Assembly: GCA_964394405.1 (NCBI GenBank)
Contig: CAYMVY010000002.1
Span: 92-64,091, forward strand
Direction: 5' to 3'
Origin: an uncultured Gammaproteobacteria bacterium
GTDB lineage: Bacteria; Patescibacteriota; Patescibacteriia; Magasanikbacterales; UBA922
DNA: 64,000 bases
This document shows positions 25,920 through 34,654 of the stretch, piece by piece (positions within the stretch are counted from its first letter, which is position 1; each line of letters begins with the position of its first letter). Below the pieces are notes generated by a model, which worked only from the letters and a program-made list of their open reading frames with translations, made no database searches and had not been told where the DNA came from. Made by a program: the position numbers and the translations under genes.

Positions 25920-26768
25920 TTACAATCTCTCCACCCAATGTTTATCAACTTCTACTTCAAGTTCGAGATATACTTTTTTTGCAAGTGCTTGTTCGAGTTC
26001 GCGGCGAGCCATTTGGCCAATTTCTTTGATACGCTTTCCACCAGCTCCGATAATTAATTTTTTGTACCGTTCTTCGTCAGTCAAGATTCTCGCAGTGATG
26101 ACAAAAATATCTTCTTTTTCTTCTACATTATCTACCTCTACGGTCATGGAATAGGGAACTTCTTTGTCAAAGACTGAGAATACTTTTTCACGGATAAGTT
26201 CTGAGATAAAGAAATATTCATGCACATTGGTGAGTTGTCCATCAGTATACATGGGTTCACCTTCGGGCATTAATTCCATTACTTTTTCTTTCAAAGGTTG
26301 GATATGACTTGCTCGAAGCGCTGAGAGTGAAAATACTGCGTTGAATTCTTTGCCGAGCATTTCATAGTCTTTTTGATGTCTTCGTTCACGTTCCGGAAGA
26401 TCACTTTTGTTTATAACTAGAATTTTGGGCAGATCAATATGTCGGATAAGCCCGAATGCGTATCGTTCCTCATCTCCAATTTCTCGGGTAGGGTCAACCA
26501 CATAGACAATCAGGTCTACTCCCTCGAGCGCTTCTTTTGCACGCTGGATAAGTTTACTCGTAAGCGAGCTTTTGCGGTCTTTGAAGATACCTGGAGTATC
26601 GACGAAGGTGATCTGTCCTTCAGACGTGTTTACTACCCCATGAATGACGTTTCGGGTCATTTGTGCACGAAAACTCGTAGCGGAAACTTTGGTTCCGACG
26701 AGGGTGTTTAAGAGGGTGGATTTTCCTACATTTGAACGGCCGATAAGGATTGCGAAACCGGATTTCAT
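25920..26768 (-). CDS. era: GTPase Era
   Basis: G1 GRSNVGKSTL, G3 DTPG, G4 NKSD. C-terminal KH domain. Confidence 0.9.
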   Translation of the reverse strand: MKSGFAILIGRSNVGKSTLLNTLVGTKVSATSFRAQMTRNVIHGVVNTSEGQITFVDTPGIFKDRKSSLTSKLIQRAKEALEGVDLIVYVVDPTREIGDEERYAFGLIRHIDLPKILVINKSDLPERERRHQKDYEMLGKEFNAVFSLSALRASHIQPLKEKVMELMPEGEPMYTDGQLTNVHEYFFISELIREKVFSVFDKEVPYSMTVEVDNVEEKEDIFVITARILTDEERYKKLIIGAGGKRIKEIGQMARRELEQALAKKVYLELEVEVDKHWVERL

Positions 26769-26867
26769 AATGGTTTTTTGGTTGTCTAGTTTACTAGTTG
26801 TCTGGTTAATAAAAGGAATATATCATGTTATTGCCTAAATTTCAAGGATACTGTATCATATTCCCAT

Positions 26868-27317
26868 ATGAAAGTACTTCTTTTGAGTGATGTAAAAACT
26901 CTTGGGAAAAAGGGGGAAGTCAAAGAAGTCTCCGAAGGTTATGCTCGGAATTTTCTCGTCCGTCAGGGACTGGCTGAAATAGCGACAGGGAAGACGATGG
27001 AAATGGTCGCTGCACGCGCACGAAAAGCTGAAAAAATACTATTGCAGGAAGCAAAAGAGCATCGAAAGATGTTTACTGCACTGAATGGAAAGTCTATTAC
27101 GGTCGCGGCAAAAGTCGCTGGTGGCACTACCCTGTATTCCGCAGTGTCTCCTGCACATATTGCAGATGAGATTGAGGAAGTTTTCGATATTCTGATTGAA
27201 CCGCATGATATTGTAATAGATGAACCAATCAAAACGGTAGGGACGCATGCTATTGTGGTACGGTGTGACAAAGATTTGCATGCACAAATGAAAATTTCAG
27301 TTGAAGCATTGGATTAA
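26868..27317 (+). CDS. rplI: 50S ribosomal protein L9
   Basis: [30 protein letters not shown] is a canonical L9 N-terminus. 149 aa. Confidence 0.9.
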   Translation: MKVLLLSDVKTLGKKGEVKEVSEGYARNFLVRQGLAEIATGKTMEMVAARARKAEKILLQEAKEHRKMFTALNGKSITVAAKVAGGTTLYSAVSPAHIADEIEEVFDILIEPHDIVIDEPIKTVGTHAIVVRCDKDLHAQMKISVEALD

Positions 27318-27318
27318 G

Positions 27319-27350
27319 TGTCTCTGTCGCAGGAGACAGTTTTATTTTTT
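27319..27350. terminator. Terminator hairpin + T-run after rplI
   Basis: gtctctgtcgcaggagacagttttatttttt. Confidence 0.7.
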
Positions 27351-27367
27351 ACAACATTTTAATATCT

Positions 27368-29005
27368 ATGAAAAAAAAGTCTGTCAAGCGTAAATTTATA
27401 TTTGTAGTCGGAGGTGTATTGTCTGGGGTAGGTAAGGGGGTCACCTCTGCATCTATTGGAGCAATCATGAAGGCAAAGGGTTTTTCAGTAACTGCACTGA
27501 AAATCGATCCGTATGTGAATGTAGATGCGGGAACTATGAATCCGGTTGAGCATGGTGAAGTATTTGTGACTGATGATGGTGATGAGACTGATCAGGATAT
27601 GGGAAATTACGAACGATTTCTTGATGTTGATCTCACGAGCTTGAATTACATGACTACTGGGCGAGTGTATCTCAGTGTAATTGAGGCTGAACGAGCGATG
27701 AAATATAAAGGAAAATGTGTACAAGTTGTACCACATATTCCTGAACAAGTGATTGAGCGGATTGAAAAAGCTGCACAGATTGCCAATGCACATATTAGTA
27801 TTATTGAAGTTGGGGGAACAGTCGGAGAATATGAGAATATTTTGTTTCTTGAAGCTGCTCGCATGATGAAACTCAAAGATCCCGAAAGTGTAGCTGTGGT
27901 TCTGGTGAGTTATTTGCCTATACCATCTCATCTGGGAGAGATGAAGACTAAACCCACCCAACATGCTTCACGCGCGCTCAATAGCACGGGAATCCAGGCA
28001 GATATGATTGTGGCGCGTGGACCTCACGATCTTGATTTGCCTCGTCGAGAAAAATTGGCAATTTTTTGCGGGGTGAAAAAAGATTTTTGTATTTCAGCTC
28101 CTGATGTATCAAGTATTTATGAGATTCCTCTCAAGATGGAGGAGCAAGATATCGGAAATAAATTATTGGGCATTCTCAAACTCTCAAAGAGAAAATCACA
28201 ATTAGGTCCATGGAGTTCATTGATTACACGTGTACAAAATGGCACGAGAGAGGTAAAAATCGCGGTCGTGGGCAAGTATTTTGGAACGGGAAATTTTACT
28301 CTCGCTGATTCGTATATTTCGGTTATTGAATCAATCAAACACGCATCATGGAGTCAGTCAGTACGACCCAAGCTTGAATGGATTGATTCTGAGGAATTTG
28401 AGAATGATCCTAAGTCTATTAAAAACTTGAGCAATTTTGATGCAGTAATTGTTCCTGGAGGATTTGGGACTAGAGGGGTTGAAGGAATTATTTCTGCAAT
28501 TGAATATGTACGTAAAAATAATATTCCATATTTGGGATTGTGTTATGGTATGCAACTTGCGTGTATTGAATTTGCGAGACATATTTTGAAAAAGACTGAT
28601 GCACACACGGTAGAAGTAAATTCTAAAACGAAACATCCTATTATTCATATCAATCCCATGCAAGCAAGTAATGTTCGTGAACAGAAGTACGGGGGGACTA
28701 TGCGATTGGGAGCATATGATTGTGCTCTGCGGAAGGATACGAGAGTATATAAAGCATATGGTAGTGACATTATTTCAGAACGTCATCGCCATCGCTATGA
28801 ATTCAATAATGAGTATCGGGAGGAAATGGATGCTGCTGGACTCCAGGTAGTGGGTATTAATCCAGAGACAGATCTGGTGGAGATAGTAGAACTTGAAAAT
28901 CATCCATATTTTGTGGGAGTGCAATTCCATCCTGAGTTCAAATCTCGTCCCATGCGACCACATCCACTGTTTGTAGGGCTTGTCAAAGCTGCTCTTCACA
29001 TCTAG
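27368..29005 (+). CDS. pyrG: CTP synthase
   Basis: FVVGGVLSGVGKG N-terminal synthetase motif. C-terminal glutamine amidotransferase domain with GLCYGMQ and HPEF. Confidence 0.92.
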   Translation: MKKKSVKRKFIFVVGGVLSGVGKGVTSASIGAIMKAKGFSVTALKIDPYVNVDAGTMNPVEHGEVFVTDDGDETDQDMGNYERFLDVDLTSLNYMTTGRVYLSVIEAERAMKYKGKCVQVVPHIPEQVIERIEKAAQIANAHISIIEVGGTVGEYENILFLEAARMMKLKDPESVAVVLVSYLPIPSHLGEMKTKPTQHASRALNSTGIQADMIVARGPHDLDLPRREKLAIFCGVKKDFCISAPDVSSIYEIPLKMEEQDIGNKLLGILKLSKRKSQLGPWSSLITRVQNGTREVKIAVVGKYFGTGNFTLADSYISVIESIKHASWSQSVRPKLEWIDSEEFENDPKSIKNLSNFDAVIVPGGFGTRGVEGIISAIEYVRKNNIPYLGLCYGMQLACIEFARHILKKTDAHTVEVNSKTKHPIIHINPMQASNVREQKYGGTMRLGAYDCALRKDTRVYKAYGSDIISERHRHRYEFNNEYREEMDAAGLQVVGINPETDLVEIVELENHPYFVGVQFHPEFKSRPMRPHPLFVGLVKAALHI

Positions 29006-29033
29006 GAATCCTAGTGCTATAGTGGATCCTAGT

Positions 29034-30125
29034 ATGGATCAAGCTAATTACAACATTTATCACACTACAAAAGAAGCATGGGAAGCCATGCTTCTCGCTA
29101 TTGGGGAAGCAAAACACTCGATTTATTGGGAGATGTATATTTTGGTTGACGATGATGCTGGGAAACGTTTTTTTGACTTGCTGAAGAGTAGATCTGAGGC
29201 TGGTGTTAAAGTAAAGATCATTATTGATTATTGGGGAAGTTTTTGGCTTTCAGGAAAAAAAATTGATGAACTCAAGCGTAGTGGTATTGATATTCGTGTA
29301 TTTCAGCCACAAAAGAATCCGTTTTCTGGTTTCAAAAATTGGATTATGCGACGAACACATCGCAAAATTCTTATTGTTGATGAGAAGGTTGGTTTTGTCG
29401 GAGGGGTGAATGTCGATAAACAGATGGAAAATTGGGATGATCTCGTGGTTGAACTCTATGGGAAACCCGTCCGTTCACTACTCCGCTCATTTGCGCGTAC
29501 CTATGTGATTGCTGGTGGGGAGAAGAGTGAAGTGCGTCATTTGCTTGCATATCGATACCGGGTTCGTCATGACACGTTTGATATCGTATATGATGATATT
29601 GATCGGAAAAAATCAAAAATTAAGAATACCTATCTCAATGCTATTTATAAAGCCCGAGAGCGAGTTATATTATTTTCTCCATACTATTTTCCCGACAAGC
29701 ACTTTCTTCATGCGCTATGGGTCGCGCGTAAACGTAATGTAAAAATTGACCTGCTTATCCCATTCCGCACTGATGTACGTATTGCGACGTACGCTGCGTA
29801 TGCGTGGTTTTCTGTTATGTCGAAGCTTGGGGTGCGGGTACATCTGACCAAAAAGATGATGCATGGGAAGGGAGTTGTAGTTGATGATGACTTTGCATTT
29901 GTTGGTACGAGCAATCTCGAACATTCGAGTTTTGACTATAATCAGGAGGTCAATGTGACGCTTAAGGATAAAAAAGTTGTAGCACGAGTGAAACATATAC
30001 TCGAAAAGTGGATTGTTGATGCAGATGAACTTGATCATGAGCGTTGGAATAAGAGGGGGCGTCTAGCGCGATTTAAAGAAAAAATTGCACGTTGGCTGTA
30101 TAGCTATTGGTTTGATGTTAAGTAG
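29034..30125 (+). CDS. Phospholipase D / cardiolipin synthase-like protein with two HKD motifs
   Basis: HRKILIVDEKVGFVGGVN and HGKGVVVDDDFAFVGTSN. Internal ATG 29034 avoids an overlap with pyrG. Confidence 0.75.
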   Translation: MDQANYNIYHTTKEAWEAMLLAIGEAKHSIYWEMYILVDDDAGKRFFDLLKSRSEAGVKVKIIIDYWGSFWLSGKKIDELKRSGIDIRVFQPQKNPFSGFKNWIMRRTHRKILIVDEKVGFVGGVNVDKQMENWDDLVVELYGKPVRSLLRSFARTYVIAGGEKSEVRHLLAYRYRVRHDTFDIVYDDIDRKKSKIKNTYLNAIYKARERVILFSPYYFPDKHFLHALWVARKRNVKIDLLIPFRTDVRIATYAAYAWFSVMSKLGVRVHLTKKMMHGKGVVVDDDFAFVGTSNLEHSSFDYNQEVNVTLKDKKVVARVKHILEKWIVDADELDHERWNKRGRLARFKEKIARWLYSYWFDVK

Positions 30126-30130
30126 TGTTA

Positions 30131-30166
30131 GCTGGGTTTTCTAAGTTTGCTGAGTTGGCTAAGTTA
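30131..30166. repeat. 9-bp tandem units (RAGTTNKCT x4), intergenic copy
   Basis: gggttttct aagtttgct gagttggct aagttaaga. A related array lies in frame inside the Elp3-like gene at 34919-34958. Confidence 0.6.
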
Positions 30167-30183
30167 AGAAACACTTACTACTT

Positions 30184-31431
30184 ATGAGTTTTCATGAGAA
30201 ACAATCTACACGGGAACCACTGGCGTACCGCATGCGACCGAGAAATTTTGATGAGTATGTGGGGCAGGAAAAGCTTACGGGTAAGAACTCTTCTTTGCGG
30301 TCCATGATTGAGAGAGGTGTAGTACCTCCTATGATGCTCTGGGGACCACCTGGGGTCGGGAAGACGAGTCTCGCGTCGCTTATTTCAGAAGTAGCAGGAT
30401 TACCCTTTGTTACGCTTTCAGCTGTTGAAAGCGGAAAGAAGATGTTGACTGAAGTTGTGCGTCAGGCAGAAGAGCTTTTCCAGAAGGAAGGTAAACGCAC
30501 CATTCTTTTTGTTGATGAAATTCATCGTTGGAATAAGGCACAGCAGGATGCACTATTACCGTATGTAGAGCGAGGGACGGTCATACTGATTGGCGCGACT
30601 ACTGAGAATCCGTCATTTGAAATTATTTCTCCGCTATTATCTCGTACCCGAGTATTTATATTGGAACGTTTGGAGAGCGAGCATATTATTACCATTATTG
30701 ATCGTGCATTGAAAGATGAGGAAAGGGGATTAGGAAAAATGAATATCAAACTTGGGTCTGATGTACTTGACTACATTGCTGAAATTTCAGGTGGTGATGC
30801 ACGAGTAGCCTTGAATGCGCTTGAGCTTGCGTATGTTTCAAAATCTCACACGAAAAAAAAGACTGGTGAGATCGTTATTGATGAAAAAGATATCAAAGAA
30901 GCACTACAGCGGACACATGTAATTTTTGATAAAAAAGGTGAAGAATTTTATAATCTTATTTCCGCTTTGCACAAATCAATGCGGGGGAGTGATCCGAATG
31001 CTTCATTGTATTGGCTTGCGCGCATGCTTGAGGGTGGGGCAGATCCACTCTATATTGCTCGGCGTGTGCTTCGATTTGCAAGCGAGGATATTGGTATGGC
31101 GAATAGTGAGGCTATGATCCAGGCAAATGCAGTGTATGACGCAGTTCATAAGATTGGCATGCCTGAGTGCGCGGTGCATCTCGCTCAGGCGGTTGTGTAT
31201 TGTGCGAAGTCGAAGAAATCAAACGCTCTATATCGAGCCTATGGATTAGCTGCGGCTGACGCAAAGAATACGTCACATCTCGGAGTACCGATTCATCTTC
31301 GTAATGCTCCAACCAAGTTGATGAAAGATATTGGGTATGGGAAAGAGTATAAATATAATCCGGATTATGACGGAGAAGTTGAGCAGGATTATTTTCCTCC
31401 TGAATTAAAAAAAAGAGACTATTTTTCTTAA
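30184..31431 (+). CDS. rarA: Replication-associated recombination protein A (AAA+ ATPase)
   Basis: Walker A GPPGVGKTSLA. Walker B ILFVDEIHR. MgsA C-terminal domain. Confidence 0.9.
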   Translation: MSFHEKQSTREPLAYRMRPRNFDEYVGQEKLTGKNSSLRSMIERGVVPPMMLWGPPGVGKTSLASLISEVAGLPFVTLSAVESGKKMLTEVVRQAEELFQKEGKRTILFVDEIHRWNKAQQDALLPYVERGTVILIGATTENPSFEIISPLLSRTRVFILERLESEHIITIIDRALKDEERGLGKMNIKLGSDVLDYIAEISGGDARVALNALELAYVSKSHTKKKTGEIVIDEKDIKEALQRTHVIFDKKGEEFYNLISALHKSMRGSDPNASLYWLARMLEGGADPLYIARRVLRFASEDIGMANSEAMIQANAVYDAVHKIGMPECAVHLAQAVVYCAKSKKSNALYRAYGLAAADAKNTSHLGVPIHLRNAPTKLMKDIGYGKEYKYNPDYDGEVEQDYFPPELKKRDYFS

Positions 31432-31862
31432 ATAGTCTCCACAGTGATTGTCCGTTCAGTGGTAGTTCCAGCTTTTAAGGTTACTACTATCAATTTTCTA
31501 TTTTCAAGCAATTTTTCTACTTTTTCGGGCCACTCAATAATGGTGAGTGTATCTGGTCTACCTAAATATTCTTCAATTCCAATTTCTATCAAATCTTCGT
31601 AGGTTTCAAGTCTATAGGTATCCACATGCACCAATTCTTTGATTGTTTCATGGTCTACGGGATAGACACTCATGAGTGTGAATGTGGGACTCATCACTTC
31701 TTTTTCAATTCCCAATCCTTCGGCGATTCCTTTGGTAAAGGCTGTCTTTCCTGCTCCTAAATCTCCTTTGAGAATTATAATATCTCCACCAGTGAGTGTA
31801 CGAGCAAGCTCTGCACCGATTTTTTTGGTTTCGTGGGCTGAGTGGGAGATATGTGTGGACAT
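31428..31862 (-). CDS. tsaE: tRNA threonylcarbamoyladenosine biosynthesis protein TsaE
   Basis: GDIIILKGDLGAGKTAFTKGI P-loop. SPTFTL motif. Internal ATG at 31862 chosen, because tracked N-terminal codons translate the repeat array. Confidence 0.8.
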   Translation of the reverse strand: MSTHISHSAHETKKIGAELARTLTGGDIIILKGDLGAGKTAFTKGIAEGLGIEKEVMSPTFTLMSVYPVDHETIKELVHVDTYRLETYEDLIEIGIEEYLGRPDTLTIIEWPEKVEKLLENRKLIVVTLKAGTTTERTITVETI

Positions 31863-31868
31863 AATTGT

Positions 31869-31958
31869 ATTACCCGTGTATACCCGTGTTAATCCGTACA
31901 ACCCGCGTTCCATTCAATAGAACACGGATGACACGGATTAAACGGATTGGGGCGGATT
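31869..31958. repeat. Second array of ~9-bp ACCCGTGTT / AACACGGAT units, divergent arrangement, upstream of tsaE
   Basis: tacccgtgta tacccgtgtt aatccgtaca acccgcgttc ... agaacacggat gacacggat taaacggatt ggggcggatt. Homologous to 15551-15632. Confidence 0.65.
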
Positions 31959-31967
31959 TAATTCACA

Positions 31968-33221
31968 TTATTTAGCTAGTTCCGGATACAGTGGGAATTT
32001 ATCAGTAAGATTTTTTACTTCACTTTTTATTTCACTCAACTTTGCTTCATTAGATGAATTACTAAGAGCCTGATCAATGAACTGTGCTACTAGCTTCATC
32101 TCTTCTTCCTTGAATCCTCGAGTAGTGAGTGCTGGAGTTCCAAGACGAATTCCACTCGGGTCCATCGCTGATCGTGCATCATCTGGAATCATGTTTTTGT
32201 TTACCGTAATTCCTGCCTTATCAAGGGCTTTTTCTCCCTCTGATCCACTGATTCCCTTACTCGTCACCACATCAATCAGAAGCAGATGGTTATCAGTTCC
32301 ACCAAACATGAGTTTGTATCCGAGTGTATTGAACTCTGATTCAAGTACTTTTGCATTTTTTCTGATTTGCTTTGCGTACTCTTTGAATGCAGGTTCGAGC
32401 GCTTCTTTGAATGCTACTGCTTTTGCTGCAATATTATTCTCATGCGGACCACCTTGGAATCCAGGGAATACTGATTTATCAATCGCTTTTGCAATTTCTT
32501 TTTTGCACATAATCATTCCACCGCGAGGTCCACGAAGTGTTTTGTGTGTGGTGGTCGTCACTACATCAAATAGGGGAACCGGATTATTCATTTCTCCTCC
32601 AGCAATGAGTCCTGCAATATGAGCAATGTCTGCCATGGTGAGTGCACCGACTTCATCAGCAATCTTTTTTATTTCTGCATATTCGATTTCTCGTGAATAT
32701 GCGCTGTAGCCCACCAAAATTAATTTTGGCTTGTGTTCAATCGCCATGGCACGAAGATTATCTAGATCAATTTTTCCTTCGGCATTCGTTTTGTATCTAA
32801 TAAAATTAAACACTTTGGTCATGTGTGTGACTGGGTGACCGTGAGTCAGGTGTCCGCCGTGTGACAAGTCCATACCAAGAATGGTGTCGCCTGGATTCAA
32901 TAGCCCAAAATAAACTGCAATATTTGCAGGTGCTCCGGATAATGGCTGTACATTCACATGTTCGGCACTAAATAATTGTTTTGCACGATCAATGGCAAGT
33001 GTTTCAATTTCGTCAATAAATTCACATCCACCATAGTATCGTTTGCCTGGATAACCTTCAGAATATTTATTGGTGGCAATTGATCCAAGAGCTTCGAGTA
33101 CTGGGAGTGAGACAAAGTTTTCAGAAGGGATCATCTCCAATCCTGTCTCTTGTCGATTCCGTTCACGTTCGAGTGCTGAGTATAGGGAAGGGTCAAATTC
33201 TTTGATTTTTTGTTTGTTCAT
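31968..33221 (-). CDS. glyA: Serine hydroxymethyltransferase
   Basis: SHMT motifs: EMIPSENF, PLP-lysine region VTTTTHKTLRGPRGG. Confidence 0.92.
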   Translation of the reverse strand: MNKQKIKEFDPSLYSALERERNRQETGLEMIPSENFVSLPVLEALGSIATNKYSEGYPGKRYYGGCEFIDEIETLAIDRAKQLFSAEHVNVQPLSGAPANIAVYFGLLNPGDTILGMDLSHGGHLTHGHPVTHMTKVFNFIRYKTNAEGKIDLDNLRAMAIEHKPKLILVGYSAYSREIEYAEIKKIADEVGALTMADIAHIAGLIAGGEMNNPVPLFDVVTTTTHKTLRGPRGGMIMCKKEIAKAIDKSVFPGFQGGPHENNIAAKAVAFKEALEPAFKEYAKQIRKNAKVLESEFNTLGYKLMFGGTDNHLLLIDVVTSKGISGSEGEKALDKAGITVNKNMIPDDARSAMDPSGIRLGTPALTTRGFKEEEMKLVAQFIDQALSNSSNEAKLSEIKSEVKNLTDKFPLYPELAK

Positions 33222-33297
33222 AAAATAGCTAATAACAATAAGCAGAATAAGTAGTAAGCAATTCGGATTTAGAATTACAACATATTATATATTGAAT

Positions 33298-33402
33298 AAG
33301 CTCAAAACGTAAAACTCAAAGCTTAAAACTGGAACTAAAAACTCAAAATTTTAAGCTTTGAGTTATAGTTTTAAGTTTTGATATTTAAGCTTTGAGTTTT
33401 TT
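33298..33402. repeat. Palindromic AAACTCAAA/TTTGAGTT dispersed element, copy 2 (overlaps the 3' end of the NUDIX gene)
   Basis: ctcaaaacgtaaaactcaaagcttaaaactggaactaaaaactcaaaattttaagctttgagttatagttttaagttttgatatttaagctttgagtttt. Confidence 0.7.
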
Positions 33403-33802
33403 TTAAATACTCCTCAACAACAGCTCTTACATTTGGAGCACAATCTTCCGGTAGATCATTAATATCAAACCAGTTCCATTCAACAATATTTTCACCTGGT
33501 TTTATTTCTCCAATTCGCTTTGCAAGATAGTGGATAAGAATCACTAGTTTTTCTGGATGGTCTGGGCGATGTACGAGCATTGGTTTTAATGGTTGTATGA
33601 TTTCAACTTTAATTCCCATTTCTTCCATTACTTCACGTTTACATGCTTCTTCAAGTGAAATATCAAAAGATTCTACTTCTCCGCCAGGAAAAAGCCAGGT
33701 GGTAATTCGACCATTTTCTTTCTTCTCTTTATTAAGCAAAACTTTGCCATTTTCAATAATGACTGGTCCCGAGGCAATAATTGTTTGATCTGGTAGATAC
33801 AT
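33371..33802 (-). CDS. NUDIX hydrolase
   Basis: Nudix box GGEVESFDISLEEACKREVMEEMG. Confidence 0.8.
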   Translation of the reverse strand: MYLPDQTIIASGPVIIENGKVLLNKEKKENGRITTWLFPGGEVESFDISLEEACKREVMEEMGIKVEIIQPLKPMLVHRPDHPEKLVILIHYLAKRIGEIKPGENIVEWNWFDINDLPEDCAPNVRAVVEEYLKKTQSLNIKT

Positions 33803-33833
33803 AGGGCTTTATTATTAAGGTATTGTAACTAAG

Positions 33834-34260
33834 ATGGCGAAATATCACAAGCTGGTTTTGGTTGACTTTCGGTGGGATGTATTGTACGCTTTTTTGCGGA
33901 TTTTGCCCGAAGTACGGGCCCGTCACCCAAGTACTGTGGAGGTCAGTTCATGTTCACCCTGGTGTGCGTTATGGGGTTGTGGACCCAGATCATGTATGTC
34001 CCGGACAAGGGGAGGAAGATTTCTCGTGCACGGGACCGCAAGGGTCGTTGGCACGTCGGAGGGGTGGGGCAGCTTCCGAGGGGGCACTGTCGGAAATTCA
34101 GGAAGCCGCGTTGAGTGGCTAGGAGTGGTAGATCTGGGAACAGATCTTAGCTCAGGAGCGCTTTCCTGGATCCATCATGTCGTCGACGGGGCTGTGCATC
34201 GCACGGTCCCGTCAGTTCTCTTAACCTATTTATTCGAGCCCTATCGGGCTTTTATTATTT
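33834..34260 (+). other. High-GC ~430-nt segment, probably noncoding, ending in an intrinsic terminator; candidate structured RNA or decayed foreign gene
   Basis: All three forward frames are open with R/G/S/W/C-rich translations, typical of non-coding GC-rich DNA. Terminator gagccctatcgggcttttattatttt at 34236-34260. No RNase P, tmRNA or SRP signature motifs could be matched by eye. Confidence 0.35.
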
Positions 34261-34359
34261 TACCAAATAAAGTATTGACTTTATAATAATGTTCATATAT
34301 CCTATTGCGGTGCTTAGCTCAACCTCGGTCGAGTTGTGCCGTCAACCAGAGGAAACATC

Positions 34360-34566
34360 ATGTCAGATTCAGAAAGAAATGATCAGCCGCGCCCTCGGAG
34401 TCGCCGTCGAGTCCATACTGCCGGAGCTTTCGATCACATTCAACGTGTGCTCGTCGACGAAGAGCAGAACATGCGACCCTATCGGGACGTAGGGCATCAG
34501 CAGTCCGGAGTGCGTCTCAATGATGCATGCATCATTCCCAACCAGCGGCCGGACTACAAGTCCTGA
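34360..34566 (+). CDS. Small high-GC hypothetical ORF (68 aa) with SD AGAGGAAACATC-ATG
   Basis: GC-rich. Followed by a perfect 14-bp-stem hairpin ccaggaagactgtg/cacagtcttcctgg (34582-34614) without a U-tract. Overlaps an antisense ORF, so coding status is uncertain. Confidence 0.3.
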   Translation: MSDSERNDQPRPRSRRRVHTAGAFDHIQRVLVDEEQNMRPYRDVGHQQSGVRLNDACIIPNQRPDYKS

Positions 34567-34654
34567 TCCGTGATCCTCTTGCCAGGAAGACTGTGCTCTG
34601 CACAGTCTTCCTGGCTCCTTCGCCAAATTAAGAGAAGCTCCTAATAGGAGCTTC

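Noticed and set aside
33834-34260. Assignment as RNase P RNA, tmRNA or SRP RNA
   Set aside because: None of the hallmark motifs could be matched on either strand. These are RNase P AGGAAAGUCC and ACAGAAUCCGGCUUA, the tmRNA tag-reading frame and CCA tail, and SRP GGAAGCAGC helix-8. Only loose similarity was found, so it was left as an unassigned candidate.
33834-34286. 150-aa ORF (and the overlapping 86- and 80-aa ORFs) as protein-coding genes
   Set aside because: Three mutually overlapping open frames with G/R/S/W/C-rich translations is the signature of non-coding GC-rich sequence. It was treated as a possible RNA or decayed DNA instead.
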